This document shows, one piece after another, positions 20,468 to 31,456 of a DNA stretch of 64,000 nt. The notes below the pieces were generated by a model. It saw only the letters and a program-made list of their open reading frames with translations, ran no database searches and had not been told where the DNA came from. A program made the translations under genes and the position numbers. The stretch is from Gammaproteobacteria bacterium (GTDB lineage Bacteria > Pseudomonadota > Gammaproteobacteria > Eutrophobiales > Eutrophobiaceae): NCBI GenBank assembly GCA_965243205.1, contig CBDEUK010000002.1, positions 480,001-544,000 on the forward strand, written 5' to 3'. Numbering within the stretch: position 1 is the first letter of the stretch; every line of letters starts with the position of its first letter.

Positions 20468-21400
20468 CTAAATATCATTTAAGATTTCTTCGCGTTTAGA
20501 TTTATATTCATCATCAGTAACTAAACCTTTATCACGTAATTTATCTAAATTCTCTAAACGTTGTTCAACACTAGAACCAGAAGAAGCACTTCCCCCCTCT
20601 TTCATCTCTTTTCGTATACGTGCCATCTCAATACGCATTTCCCTACGCTCTTTTGCCATTTTTGCTGCCTCAATTTCAAATTGTTTATCACGGGCAGTTT
20701 TTGGATTTTCTCTTTCTTCCTTTAATGCTAAATATGTCTCAGATGATTTTTTTACATCAATAATAAACCAATCATTCCGTGCACGTTTTTTTACAAGCTT
20801 GTTCTCAATTCCAACAACTTTAACTGTTTGTTTATCGAATTTTTGCTGAGAATTACGACTACCATGTAAAAAATAATATTTAACAATTCCGACCTCAGTG
20901 GGGTCATAGGCTTTTTCATAGCCTTCTTGTCTAGGTTTTTCATAATCACCAATAATAATATTCAATTTACCATCTTTATAAAAAGCTCTACCTGCTGTGT
21001 AATACACCGAAGTTTTTAAACCGAGCAATCGTTCTTTTCTCTTTTCTACAGCAAATAGAATATCTTGGTCAGGCTTAGCTTTAGCTAAACCTTTTGCTAA
21101 TTGTTGCCCTAAAATAGTAACCTGCTTTATTGAAAAGACTGGAGGTAAACTTTCATTCAATTCTAATTTATCTTGATCCCATATCTGTAATGATTCTAGA
21201 GCATAACGAATATCATCTTTTTTTAATTTAATAGGATGATCATTACTTCCGGTGATTGAAGAATCTTGCTCATCGTACTTTAAATAGGTATTTCTACCTT
21301 GATTCCAATAAACAGACTCATCTTCGAATATATCAAGGCTATAAGTATTTTGACTGAAAAAAAATATAACCGATAAAGTGACAAGAGTTGGATATTTCAT
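20468..21400 (-). CDS. Exported protein with C-terminal coiled coil and SHOCT domain
   Basis: Signal peptide; C-terminal VEQRLENLDKLRDKGLVTDDEYKSKREEILNDI. Confidence 0.8.
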   Translation of the reverse strand: MKYPTLVTLSVIFFFSQNTYSLDIFEDESVYWNQGRNTYLKYDEQDSSITGSNDHPIKLKKDDIRYALESLQIWDQDKLELNESLPPVFSIKQVTILGQQLAKGLAKAKPDQDILFAVEKRKERLLGLKTSVYYTAGRAFYKDGKLNIIIGDYEKPRQEGYEKAYDPTEVGIVKYYFLHGSRNSQQKFDKQTVKVVGIENKLVKKRARNDWFIIDVKKSSETYLALKEERENPKTARDKQFEIEAAKMAKERREMRIEMARIRKEMKEGGSASSGSSVEQRLENLDKLRDKGLVTDDEYKSKREEILNDI

Positions 21401-21473
21401 AGAATTTAGAATTTATAAATTTAATAACATATTATGATTTGATTTTAGCCAAATAGTTTACACTAAATCAAAA

Positions 21474-21499
21474 AAAAAGACCTCCGAAGAGGTCTTTTT
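21474..21499 (-). terminator. Rho-independent terminator of the porin gene
   Basis: AAAAAGACCTC-CGAA-GAGGTCTTTTT hairpin with A/T tracts. Confidence 0.85.
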
Positions 21500-21523
21500 A
21501 AATTAAGAAGTTAATTTAGCTTC

Positions 21524-22717
21524 TTAGAAGAAGTATGTACCACCTAATGTGAAGGTATCTAACTCTTCAGCACCGCCGTATAAACCAGCTGCAGCACCAT
21601 CAACATCTAGATCTAACTGCTCATAAACACCATAAAGGATTAAAGAGCTACCGAAATATTGGTTAACTTCAAAACCAATACGCTCAACTTCAGAGCCTGT
21701 AATACCGTCAGCAGCAGTACCAAACTGGTCATTATAAGAACCGTATTGGATTGCTATTGAAGTATCACCAACACTGGTAAAGCCTTTCTTAATACCAGCT
21801 TTGATCCAGTATGCATCAGTATCATCACCAGCAACAGTACCTGCAGCAACGCCATCAGCTTCTTCAGTTTGATATGCGATTGAACCGAAAATACCAGTTA
21901 CTGAATCCATTAAACCAGCTTGGATTTGAAAAGTTTCAGCTTCTGTACCACCAGCGCCAGCAGCACCTTGGTTAATGCTGTAACCACCATGAACGTTAGC
22001 AGTCATACGACCAATGTTACCGCTGTATTTAACAGCAATATCATAAATATCATCGTTTGCGTAACCTACAGCAACACTAACAGGTCCAAAAGCAGGTAAA
22101 TCATAACGAATACCTTGACGATATACACCATTACAATCAATACCAATACCTAAACCAGGAGTACCAAGACATTGTAAGAATGAACCCCAAGTTGTTTTAG
22201 TTGCACCAGCACCTAAACCTTGGATTGTAGCGCCATTACCACGGAAAACTGGAGAAATAGAAGCCCAAAGTGTAAGTGAAGGATCAGCTAATACAGCAAT
22301 GTTATCAGTAGGCATTGTTTGTAAACCAACAGTCACTTTACCCCAAGAACCGCCGATGTTTAAGCTGTTGCCTAAAACACCAATAGCGTGGCCATTTTGG
22401 TTTTCACCAGCATCACCGATACCGCTTGAACCAAAGCCTAAAAGGTTACCTGTAGCACTAGGCTCTAAGATTATTTCGAAACCAGCAGTTAATCCAGCGC
22501 CAACTTCTGAAGAACCTGCAAATGTCATACGTGTACCTAAAGTAGTACCGTTATCAGATGTTTGGACTATATCACTGCCTACACCGTCGTCATACCAGGT
22601 CAAACCTTCGTTCACCCAACCAGAAATATTCACTTCTGCTTGCGCAGCTTGTGAAAGTGGTAACATTGCAGCTGTTGCTACTAATGCACCTTTAAGTACT
22701 TTATTAGATTTCATCAT
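21524..22717 (-). CDS. Gram-negative outer-membrane porin
   Basis: Signal peptide, AEVNISGWVN start, amphipathic beta strands, C-terminal YFF, and strongly biased codon usage (likely highly expressed). Confidence 0.85.
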   Translation of the reverse strand: MMKSNKVLKGALVATAAMLPLSQAAQAEVNISGWVNEGLTWYDDGVGSDIVQTSDNGTTLGTRMTFAGSSEVGAGLTAGFEIILEPSATGNLLGFGSSGIGDAGENQNGHAIGVLGNSLNIGGSWGKVTVGLQTMPTDNIAVLADPSLTLWASISPVFRGNGATIQGLGAGATKTTWGSFLQCLGTPGLGIGIDCNGVYRQGIRYDLPAFGPVSVAVGYANDDIYDIAVKYSGNIGRMTANVHGGYSINQGAAGAGGTEAETFQIQAGLMDSVTGIFGSIAYQTEEADGVAAGTVAGDDTDAYWIKAGIKKGFTSVGDTSIAIQYGSYNDQFGTAADGITGSEVERIGFEVNQYFGSSLILYGVYEQLDLDVDGAAAGLYGGAEELDTFTLGGTYFF

Positions 22718-23259
22718 TATCCTCCTAAAGGAATATTTAGTACTCTAGAGAAATTCGGCCTCCCCAAGACTATCCCCCCAAACGGTAAGAAGTTTTTGAG
22801 ACCACTCATGAGCGTCTTATAATTCTAAAGACAAACGAAAAATAGCAAACTCAAACCAACTTATCAACATAATTTCTACTTTTTTACAACAAAAAAACAT
22901 AAAAATTTAAGTTTGTTGTAAAATAACAACGATTATTCATAATAATTAGCAAGTTTTATCAAAATATCAGTTACATATAGCACTTTTATAAGCGATATTC
23001 GATATTGGTAAATCAATAGTTCGAAGCACATTATTAGAAATATAATCTGTTAACCGTTGTATATTTGCTACAAAGTTAAGTGGTTTCATATAGCAAAATT
23101 TAATTTTATCTTACTGTCGATAATAAGTTATTGAATTTAAAGTTATTAAACTAAATATTCAGGAAAATATCATGGGAAATTATGGTAAATGAAACGGTCT
23201 ACAATGATAGACTGAATTAGATTAACTGTAATATTGCTAAATTTATCTAGGAACTAAAT

Positions 23260-24078
23260 ATGAAATTCATGATTTCAAAGATAACAAAAACTATTTTTTT
23301 TCTTCTATTAATTCAAACTGATTTTACTTATGCAGAAAATATAGAAGCAACTTTCTTATTCGTTGGTGATAAATCAAGTCAGGCATACTTTGGAGCTAAC
23401 CAAGGTCTAGTAGAGGCTAATCTACAAGGTGAATTCTTAGGTCAAAAATACACATTAACTAACACAACTATTGATAATATCGATTCAAACCTTGATAGTT
23501 CTGTTGCCGCAATATTAGTCAGTGACACTAAAGAAAATTTTCTTATAATTTCGAAGAACCACTCTAACCTACCCGTTTTCAACTTAAGTTTAGAAGATGA
23601 TGATTTAAGACAAGTTTGTTCAACTAATCAATTCCACACCATTCCTAGCCATCGCATGAAAGACGATGCTTTAAATCAATGGCAACAAAAAGAACCAGAC
23701 TCAAAGGCTATATCACAAACCTGGCATCCTAGTTTCAAGAAATTTGCAGCCCGCGATTTAAACAAGCGTTTTTTCAAAACCAATAACGAAAAAATGTTAG
23801 ATGAAGGTTGGGCTGGTTGGGCTGCAGTCAAAATGGTTTCCGATACAGTAGCGAGAGAAAATAAAGTTGACCAAAAAAGAATTATCGATTTTCTAAAAAA
23901 TGAATTAGATTTTGATGGTCAAAAAGGAATCAGCATGTCCTTTAGAGATAATGGGCAATTACGCCAACCTATACTCATTGTTGAAGGCGATAAAATTCAT
24001 GCCGAGGCACCGATTCGAGGTGTTGCAAATCCACCGACTTTAGATAGTCTAGGCAACACTGATTCTGTTTGTGAATAA
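23260..24078 (+). CDS. Shortened substrate-binding protein of the PQQ-dehydrogenase-associated ABC family (PedA/LutA-like)
   Basis: DDDLRQVC, FHTIPS..M, WH......AARDLNKRF, WAAVK and FDGQKG..MSFR.NGQLRQPIL. Confidence 0.7.
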   Translation: MKFMISKITKTIFFLLLIQTDFTYAENIEATFLFVGDKSSQAYFGANQGLVEANLQGEFLGQKYTLTNTTIDNIDSNLDSSVAAILVSDTKENFLIISKNHSNLPVFNLSLEDDDLRQVCSTNQFHTIPSHRMKDDALNQWQQKEPDSKAISQTWHPSFKKFAARDLNKRFFKTNNEKMLDEGWAGWAAVKMVSDTVARENKVDQKRIIDFLKNELDFDGQKGISMSFRDNGQLRQPILIVEGDKIHAEAPIRGVANPPTLDSLGNTDSVCE

Positions 24079-24110
24079 TATTTAAAATATTCTAGGAGTA
24101 AGCAAATAAA

Positions 24111-25166
24111 ATGAAATACATTCTACTATTGATAACATTATTAACTATAGGCTCTTGTGGAAATGACTCCGCAGAGCATTCTTCAGATACAGAAAAACAG
24201 GAATCAAACGTATCCGATGCTAATAATGTATCTGATTCTTCAAATACGAACGACAAAGCGGCTTCGAATGGCCCTACAGGTCGTATCTTTGTTACCAATG
24301 AAAAAGACGATACAGTAAGCGTGATCAATGGAAGTACTTTAGAAGTTGAAGCCACGATTGATGTTGGTGAACGCCCTCGAGGTATTGGTATCGCTCCCGA
24401 TGGTTCTGAGGTATATGTAGCAGTCAGTGAAGAAAATAAAATTGCTGTAATTGATCCTAATAGTCTAGAAGTCTTGCGAAAATTTGAATCAGGTTCTGAC
24501 CCTGAAACTTTTGCGGTTCATCCTAATGGAAATATTTATATCTCTAATGAAGATGATGCTAAGGCAACTGCATTCAATCCTAAAACAGGCGAACAAATTG
24601 CTGAGATTAAAGTCGGTTTAGAACCTGAAGGCGTAGCAATTTCACCCGACGGTAAATACGTTATAGTCACCAGTGAATCAACCAACATGTTACATGTGAT
24701 TGAAGTGCCTTCACATAAAATTGCTTCAAACATCTTAGTTGGCGCGCGTCCTCGTGCGGCGACTTTTAGTGCTGATAGTAAAACTGCCTACTCAACTTCT
24801 GAAATCAGTGGAGAGGTGAAGAAAGTCGATATGGAAACCTTTAAGGTTTTAGCTGTTGGACAACTTCCTGATGCTAAAGCAAAGCCAAAAGATGTTTTAT
24901 TAAGCGGTGATGAAAAAACTTTATATGTCGCTGGTGGTAGAGCAAATAGTGTTATTACTCTGGATGCTGAAACGATGGAAGTCACTGGCAGCATTCCTGT
25001 CGGCAAACGCGTTTGGGGTTTGGCTATGAATCAAGATAAAACACGTTTATACAGTACTGATGGTGTTAGTGGTACAGTCTCTGTGATTGATACTACTAAT
25101 AATACCAATATCAAAACTATTGAAGTTGGTAAATTCCCTTGGGGCATTGTGATAGACGATAAATAA
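24111..25166 (+). CDS. YVTN beta-propeller lipoprotein (PQQ-catabolism-associated type)
   Basis: Lipobox IGSC, Ser/Asn/Asp linker, and repeats IFVTNEKDDTVSVI, VGERPRGI, SDPETF, VGLEPEGVAISPDG. Confidence 0.85.
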   Translation: MKYILLLITLLTIGSCGNDSAEHSSDTEKQESNVSDANNVSDSSNTNDKAASNGPTGRIFVTNEKDDTVSVINGSTLEVEATIDVGERPRGIGIAPDGSEVYVAVSEENKIAVIDPNSLEVLRKFESGSDPETFAVHPNGNIYISNEDDAKATAFNPKTGEQIAEIKVGLEPEGVAISPDGKYVIVTSESTNMLHVIEVPSHKIASNILVGARPRAATFSADSKTAYSTSEISGEVKKVDMETFKVLAVGQLPDAKAKPKDVLLSGDEKTLYVAGGRANSVITLDAETMEVTGSIPVGKRVWGLAMNQDKTRLYSTDGVSGTVSVIDTTNNTNIKTIEVGKFPWGIVIDDK

Positions 25167-25184
25167 AATTATCTTTTAAGTAAT

Positions 25185-25218
25185 AATAAAAAAGCCGCTT
25201 TAACGCGGCTTTTTTATT
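25185..25218. terminator. Bidirectional terminator between the beta-propeller gene and amtB
   Basis: AATAAAAAAGCCGC-TTTAAC-GCGGCTTTTTTATT. Confidence 0.88.
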
Positions 25219-25233
25219 GGAATAGAAATTTAA

Positions 25234-26541
25234 TTATAAATCATAACCTCTTTCATTATGCATCGATATATCAAGTCCTGTTTGCTCATCGTCATTCGAA
25301 GCGCGTAGACCAACAATTAAATCCGTAATTTTTAAAATGATATAAGTAACAAATACAGTAAAAACCAGTACTGAAACTACACCAATAAGTTGAACTGATA
25401 ATTGACCAACAATCGAACTGATATTTTCACTTGCGTAACCCTGACCACTGAAAATTCCTAAACCAGTATTTGCAAACACTGCTGTCAGTAATGTACCTAA
25501 AACACCACCGACTCCATGAACTGGGAACACATCTAAAGAATCATCGATCACTAAAACGCGTTTGATAAACATTGTTGCATTAAAACAAACAATACCCGCT
25601 GCGAACCCTATAACCAAAGCACCCGCAGGTCCTACAAAACCTGAAGCAGGAGTAATCGTTCCAAGACCAGCCACCATGCCAGTCACAGCCCCTAAAGCAC
25701 TTGGTTTACCATATTTGATCCATTCAATTAACATCCAAGTAAAAGCGCCTGTCGCAGCTGAAATATGCGTCACTAACATGGCCATGCCTGCATCACCATT
25801 TGCAGCTAGTGCACTGCCGCCATTAAAACCAAACCAGCCAACCCATAACATGCCGGCGCCAGTGATACACATGGTCATATTATGTGGTGGCATTGGTTCT
25901 TTAGGAAATCCTTTACGTTTACCTAAAACAACTGCTGTTACTAAAGCTGCAGCGCCAGCTGTTAAGTGAACTACTAAACCGCCAGCAAAATCCATAACTC
26001 CCATTTCACCTAACCAGCCGCCGCCCCAAATCCAATGAGTTACTGGTGCATAAACGATAAGTAACCAAAGCGTTGAAAAAATTAATACCGCAGAAAATTT
26101 CATACGTTCTGCAAAACCACCAACAATCAATGCAGGAGTAATAACAGCAAAGGTCATTTGAAATAAAGCAAAAACACTTTCAGGGATAGAACCAGAAACA
26201 GTATCTTCAGCGATGCCACCTAAAAATAGATTGCCTAAGCCGCCGAAATAAGGACTGCCTTCAGAAAACGCAATGCTATAACCACAAACCATCCAAACAA
26301 TGGACATTAAGCAAGTAAGTGCAAAGCATTGCATCAACACACTTAATACATTTTTACTGCGTACTAAGCCTGCATAAAATAATGATAAGCCGGGGATTGT
26401 CATAAACAACACTAAAGCTGTTGAAGTCATGATCCAAGCTGTATCTGCTGGGTTTAATTCATCAGCCTGAACTGAAAAAGAAAAGCATAGGAATAAAATA
26501 GCTAAAATTGAGCGTGGTAGAACTCTTAAGATCATCGACAT
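25234..26541 (-). CDS. amtB: Ammonium transporter
   Basis: DTAW, LFQMTFAVITPAL, DFAGGLVVH, WFGFNGGS and DDSLDVFPVHG; start moved to 26541 because GGGAGG precedes it. Confidence 0.95.
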   Translation of the reverse strand: MSMILRVLPRSILAILFLCFSFSVQADELNPADTAWIMTSTALVLFMTIPGLSLFYAGLVRSKNVLSVLMQCFALTCLMSIVWMVCGYSIAFSEGSPYFGGLGNLFLGGIAEDTVSGSIPESVFALFQMTFAVITPALIVGGFAERMKFSAVLIFSTLWLLIVYAPVTHWIWGGGWLGEMGVMDFAGGLVVHLTAGAAALVTAVVLGKRKGFPKEPMPPHNMTMCITGAGMLWVGWFGFNGGSALAANGDAGMAMLVTHISAATGAFTWMLIEWIKYGKPSALGAVTGMVAGLGTITPASGFVGPAGALVIGFAAGIVCFNATMFIKRVLVIDDSLDVFPVHGVGGVLGTLLTAVFANTGLGIFSGQGYASENISSIVGQLSVQLIGVVSVLVFTVFVTYIILKITDLIVGLRASNDDEQTGLDISMHNERGYDL

Positions 26542-26682
26542 AACGACCCTCCCCCGTTTATCAATAGATGATATTGTTATTTTGAATAAAAACGCACTCT
26601 CAAGCATCATAAGATACTTAATGGTGCGATATTAAACCTTTTGAGGGATGAAAAAAACTAGAACGAACCAAAATAATGCGTT

Positions 26683-27333
26683 TTACGCACCAAGTATGTT
26701 ATGTCGAATCGCCATTCTTACTAATTCAGCGACTGTATTGACCTCTAATTTGTTTTTAATCTGAGTACTATAATTTGCGACAGTCTTGTAACTGATAGAA
26801 AGTTGTTTAGCAATCTCACTGGTATTTAGGCCTTTTGCCAATAAACAAAAAATCTCAAACTCTCGCGTTGATAAATTACTGAACGGCGTATCGTCCCCTC
26901 GCACTTTATCAATTGCTAATCTCTCAGCAATTTTGCTATCAATATGAGTAGAACCTTTAAATACGTCTCGTATTCCTTCAATTAATTGCGATGGTGGACT
27001 TGATTTAGGTATATATCCTCTCGCGCCGGCTTGTAGGGCCTGCTCTACAAAAATAGTATCTTCATGCATACTAAAGACTAAAATTTTTGCCTTACCATCT
27101 CTGGCTTTAATTCTTCTAATAGCTTCTAAGCCACCAATTCCAGGCAGAGACAAATCCATTACTACCACATCAGGAATATCATCGATATAAGACTTAATCG
27201 CCTGTTCACCGCTTTCTGCATGTCCTAGAACTTCTATATCATCAGAGTTTTTAAGTAACATTTCATAACCAGCTCTAACAACCGCATGGTCATCTACAAG
27301 TAATACTCGAATTTTTCTACTGAGTGCATTCAT
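26683..27333 (-). CDS. NarL/LuxR-family response regulator (MxcE/MxaB/PedR2-like)
   Basis: LVDDHAVVR, VMDLSLPG, GYIPK and LSTREFEIF...LSISYKTVANY. Confidence 0.9.
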   Translation of the reverse strand: MNALSRKIRVLLVDDHAVVRAGYEMLLKNSDDIEVLGHAESGEQAIKSYIDDIPDVVVMDLSLPGIGGLEAIRRIKARDGKAKILVFSMHEDTIFVEQALQAGARGYIPKSSPPSQLIEGIRDVFKGSTHIDSKIAERLAIDKVRGDDTPFSNLSTREFEIFCLLAKGLNTSEIAKQLSISYKTVANYSTQIKNKLEVNTVAELVRMAIRHNILGA

Positions 27334-27341
27334 ATTTATAA

Positions 27342-28655
27342 TTATATTATTGGGATGGATACCTTGATAAGTACGCCATCATTTTTAAAACTGCTTATTT
27401 TAAAACTACCTGATAGGGCTTCTACTCGCTCTCTCATACCTAATAAACCTAAACCTTTTTGGGTTGTCGCTTTATCAAAGCCTTCACCGTTGTCTTGAAT
27501 CACTAATAGAATGGTCGAGTTTTGGTTTTCTAAATCAATTTTCACACTGTCCGCATTCGAATGTTTTGCAACATTGGTTAGGCTCTCTTGGACTATTCGA
27601 TATAAGGTAATATTAATAGATTCGTTTAAGTTATCTAACTTACCTGAAAAATTAAACTGACAAAACACATCTTCATGATAAATGTTCCAATCATCGACCA
27701 TTTCTTGTAATGCAGGAACAATTCCTAATTCATCGAGAATAGACGGCCGTAATCGTTGCATCATATTTTTAGCAACATCGTACATACGATTGGAAACATC
27801 AATAATCGCTTCAACACTATCATTGATCTGTTTTTCCGTTTGCTGTGTACTATTAATAGATGCTGCAACTGCTTTTACGGCGGTAATGGATTGCCCTAAT
27901 TCATCATGAAGTGCTAATGCTAGATCTTGTCGCTCTTGTTCTTGGATTTCTAAAGAGCGTTGAGTCAAGGCCCTATTCTCTTCCCGACTTTTCTCCATTA
28001 CACCAGCCATGTGATTAAATTTTCCGGAAATCTTGGATAACTCTGGCAAATTAAATTCAGGAAGTCGTAATTGATAATCTCCTTGCTCAATTCCATCCAA
28101 ACCTTGCAGAATTTTATCGATCGGCTTCAAGCCTCGGCCTAATGTGTAATAAACCAGACCTATCGCAAATAACACAAACATCATCAAAATTAACAAAACA
28201 CCCTTGGTTTCATGCCAAGCCTCAGTGATTTCATCCGCAGGGTTAGCTTTGATAATGACTTCAATGGGTAAATCGTTAGATGGAAAATTCCGTCTAAACT
28301 CAATAGGACTAGGCTTTACCTGTTTTAAAAACCACTCTGGCACCTCAGGAGGGATATTATGTTCTGGTAAAAAAGGCGCATGCCTGGAATTACTATGACG
28401 TATCAGGTCAATTGTTAAATGACGACTACTCTCCATATTTGAAATTTTTTCCAATAATTCAACTTTTTTCTGAGTAGATTGGTTTTCAACGCTACTAAAG
28501 GCAATTTCAAGCAGTTGAATTGTCAGTTTAGCGCTTGAATGAATTTCATCCTCAATCGCTTTTCGAGCGTTTTCGATTACAACATAGCCAGTTGCAGCTA
28601 AAATAATCAAAAATAATAAGGTCATTAATAAGCTGAGACGTAACCTAAGACTCAT
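27342..28655 (-). CDS. HAMP + HisKA_3 sensor histidine kinase (MxcQ/MxaY/PedS2-like)
   Basis: Two TM helices, HAMP, QEQERQDLALALHDELGQ, YRIVQESLTN, DNGEGF and GLGLLGMRERV. Confidence 0.9.
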   Translation of the reverse strand: MSLRLRLSLLMTLLFLIILAATGYVVIENARKAIEDEIHSSAKLTIQLLEIAFSSVENQSTQKKVELLEKISNMESSRHLTIDLIRHSNSRHAPFLPEHNIPPEVPEWFLKQVKPSPIEFRRNFPSNDLPIEVIIKANPADEITEAWHETKGVLLILMMFVLFAIGLVYYTLGRGLKPIDKILQGLDGIEQGDYQLRLPEFNLPELSKISGKFNHMAGVMEKSREENRALTQRSLEIQEQERQDLALALHDELGQSITAVKAVAASINSTQQTEKQINDSVEAIIDVSNRMYDVAKNMMQRLRPSILDELGIVPALQEMVDDWNIYHEDVFCQFNFSGKLDNLNESINITLYRIVQESLTNVAKHSNADSVKIDLENQNSTILLVIQDNGEGFDKATTQKGLGLLGMRERVEALSGSFKISSFKNDGVLIKVSIPII

Positions 28656-28826
28656 TTTTGTTCCTTTTTAGAGTAATTTAAGAAAACAGTATAAGTAATT
28701 AAAATCACAAAAATAATAAATATTAAAATAGATATTTATCCACAAAAAAGAATATTCAACATCTATTCAGATCATGGTTATAATATGAGAACAATAATCA
28801 TTATCTATAGTATTTAGGGAATACTC

Positions 28827-29591
28827 GTGTATCAATCAATTTTCTGGTCTTTTATTGGCATAGCCATTGTTTCTTTTTCGATTAACGCTGCAGAACCTCT
28901 AAAATCCGCTGTCGAAACGACTTTAGAATCTCAAAACAATAATATTCAATCGCAAAAAACTATCGATTCATTGGCTGATTCAACCCGAACGATGGAACAA
29001 GAATATAAAACTATCCTGCATTCAATGGATGGACTTGTAAGCTATAACAATCAATTACAAGTACTTGTTAAAAAACAACAAGACGAGTTGTCTTCGATTC
29101 AAAAACAGCTTGGATATATCGAAGAAACTCAACGTGACATTGTGCCTTTGATGCTCAAAATGATTAATGTCTTAGAAGAATTTATCAGCCTTGATCTTCC
29201 TTTCCTAAAATCAGAACGCGAAGAACGTATCACATTGATTAAAGAAATTATGGATAGACCTGATGTGACACTTCCAGATAAATATCGACGCATTATGGAA
29301 GCGTATCAAATAGAGATGGAATACGGTCGTACCATTGAAGCTTATGAAGATGAAATTAATGTAAATGGTAAAAATCAAACGGTAGATATTTTACGTGTAG
29401 GACGATTAGCTCTAGCGTTTTCAACTTTAGATAAAAATACTGTTGGTAAATGGGATCCTCAAATCAAACAATGGACCATTCTTGATAGCACGCAAAACCA
29501 AGGCATACAACGCGGCATTAAAATAGCACGTAATCAAGCACCCCCAGATCTATTTGCTGTTCCTGTCACAGCACCGGAGGTAGCAAAATGA
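28827..29591 (+). CDS. DUF3450 protein (TtpB-like component of a TonB2-type system)
   Basis: Signal peptide, coiled coil, LDLPF..ER, KYRRIMEAYQIEMEYG and LRVGRL; GTG start. Confidence 0.88.
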   Translation: MYQSIFWSFIGIAIVSFSINAAEPLKSAVETTLESQNNNIQSQKTIDSLADSTRTMEQEYKTILHSMDGLVSYNNQLQVLVKKQQDELSSIQKQLGYIEETQRDIVPLMLKMINVLEEFISLDLPFLKSEREERITLIKEIMDRPDVTLPDKYRRIMEAYQIEMEYGRTIEAYEDEINVNGKNQTVDILRVGRLALAFSTLDKNTVGKWDPQIKQWTILDSTQNQGIQRGIKIARNQAPPDLFAVPVTAPEVAK

Positions 29592-30946
29592 TTTTACGAA
29601 TAACAACTGTTTTATTTTTTGTCTTCTTTATTAGTAATGCACAAAGTCAAAGTAAAGCGACTTCATTAGATGAATTAGTTAATCAAGTTAAGCAAGAACG
29701 TTTAAAAGAGAAACAAGCTTTAAACAAACGTGAACAACGATTTAAAGCTGCAAGAGATAAACAATCTTCTTTACTTAATCAAATAAAACAAAAATACACT
29801 AAAGAAGAATCACGCGGTGATAGTCTCAGAAGAAAATATGAATTAAATCAAACAAACATCAACCGTCTACAAACTCAATTAGATAACAAAGCCGGCTCAC
29901 TGGATGAATTACATGGTATTGTGAGACAAATTTCTCAAGACATAAATAATGTAATAGATGGCTCTATCATCACAGCTCAAAAACCCGAACGAGCTGAAAC
30001 CTTAAATCAGCTAATAGAGAGTAAAGAACTACCTTCTATTCAAGAACTGGAAAAGCTTTGGTTAGTGACATTAGATGAAATGGCTGAATCAGCAAAAGTC
30101 GTTTCATACCCTACCAAGGTAATACGTAATACAGGCGAAGAAGCTCAAGTCAATGTAACTCGCGTAGGAAGTTTTAATACCTTCGCTGAAGGCAATTATC
30201 TACGTTATCTTCCAGAAACAGGAAGATTAGTAGAACCTGGTCGCCAACCAACACCTCGTTATCGTGCTATGGCCAGAGAATTAGAAACATCTAGTTCAGG
30301 TAGTCATTCCATTGCACTTGATCCAACCCGTGGTGCAATGTTGGCCTTACTCGTTCAAGTCCCAAATACCATGGAACGTATTAAGCAAGGTGGACTCGTT
30401 GGTTATATTATTATTGCGGTTGGTATTATCGGTTTATTAATTTCAATTGAACGTATTATTAGCTTAAGCATTACAGGTTCAAAAGTTCGTGGTCAGTTAA
30501 AAACCAAGTCTGCAAAAAATAATCCATTAGGTCGTATTTTGAAGGTCTACAAAGATAATACAAACGTTGATGTTGAAACTTTAGAATTCAAGCTCGATGA
30601 AGCCATCTTAAAAGAGTTACCGAAACTACAACGTGGTATGAACATACTTGCCCTACTAGCGGCAATCGCTCCACTATTAGGCCTATTAGGTACTGTCGTC
30701 GGTATTATTGAAACCTTCCAGTCGATCACCTTATTTGGCACAGGTGATCCGAGAGCCATGTCTGATGGTATCTCTCAAGCATTGGTCACAACGGTTATGG
30801 GGCTTGTTGTCGCAATACCATTATTGTTACTGCACAGTTTCATTTCAGGTAAAAGTAATAGCATTGTTCAAACCTTAGATGAAAAAAGCAAAAGCTTTAT
30901 TGCTCAACTGGCAGAATTCAAACAATCTAAGCGAGCCAATGTATAA
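29588..30946 (+). CDS. TtpC-like long MotA/TolQ/ExbB protein
   Basis: N-terminal coiled coil, DPTRG, APLLGLLGTV.G.I.TF and GISQALVTT. Confidence 0.88.
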   Translation: MILRITTVLFFVFFISNAQSQSKATSLDELVNQVKQERLKEKQALNKREQRFKAARDKQSSLLNQIKQKYTKEESRGDSLRRKYELNQTNINRLQTQLDNKAGSLDELHGIVRQISQDINNVIDGSIITAQKPERAETLNQLIESKELPSIQELEKLWLVTLDEMAESAKVVSYPTKVIRNTGEEAQVNVTRVGSFNTFAEGNYLRYLPETGRLVEPGRQPTPRYRAMARELETSSSGSHSIALDPTRGAMLALLVQVPNTMERIKQGGLVGYIIIAVGIIGLLISIERIISLSITGSKVRGQLKTKSAKNNPLGRILKVYKDNTNVDVETLEFKLDEAILKELPKLQRGMNILALLAAIAPLLGLLGTVVGIIETFQSITLFGTGDPRAMSDGISQALVTTVMGLVVAIPLLLLHSFISGKSNSIVQTLDEKSKSFIAQLAEFKQSKRANV

Positions 30947-31451
30947 CTTTTATATACAATTTAACGAATTTTTCGACCAAGGTGGTCCTGTACTATTTGT
31001 GATCTTACTTTCTTCAATTCTGTTATGGAGTTTGATCATTGAACGCTACTGGTTTTTTTTAGTCGGTTATAAAAAAATTCATAATAAAACCATTAAACAA
31101 TGGGAAAAACGGACCGATAAAAACTCATGGCATTCGAAAATGGTTCGTGAAGGCTTATTAGCGGATATTCAAGTCAGTGCAAAATATAACCTGATACCAA
31201 TTAACACTTTAATTGCTGTGTTGCCGCTGTTAGGTTTGTTAGGAACGGTGACAGGAATGATTACTATCTTCGATGTGATAAATGTCTTCGGTACTAGCAA
31301 TGCAAGAGGTATGGCCGATGGTATTTCGCGCGCGTTATTACCAACAACTGCAGGCTTGGTCACATCCATTGTCGCACTCTACTTTAGTACTGATTTAAGC
31401 CGCAGAGCACAAAACCAATTAGATAAAACCAGAGATTTATTAACACACTAA
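30939..31451 (+). CDS. exbB: ExbB-type proton channel
   Basis: LPLLGLLGTVTGMI and MADGISRAL; start moved to the ATG overlapping the upstream stop. Confidence 0.85.
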   Translation: MYNFYIQFNEFFDQGGPVLFVILLSSILLWSLIIERYWFFLVGYKKIHNKTIKQWEKRTDKNSWHSKMVREGLLADIQVSAKYNLIPINTLIAVLPLLGLLGTVTGMITIFDVINVFGTSNARGMADGISRALLPTTAGLVTSIVALYFSTDLSRRAQNQLDKTRDLLTH

Positions 31452-31456
31452 ATATT

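Noticed and set aside
26590-26682. NtrC-like half-sites upstream of amtB (TGGTGCG; GAACCA-N3-TAATGCG)
   Set aside because: Too degenerate, and no -24/-12 element or glnK was seen; plausible but not supportable from sequence alone.
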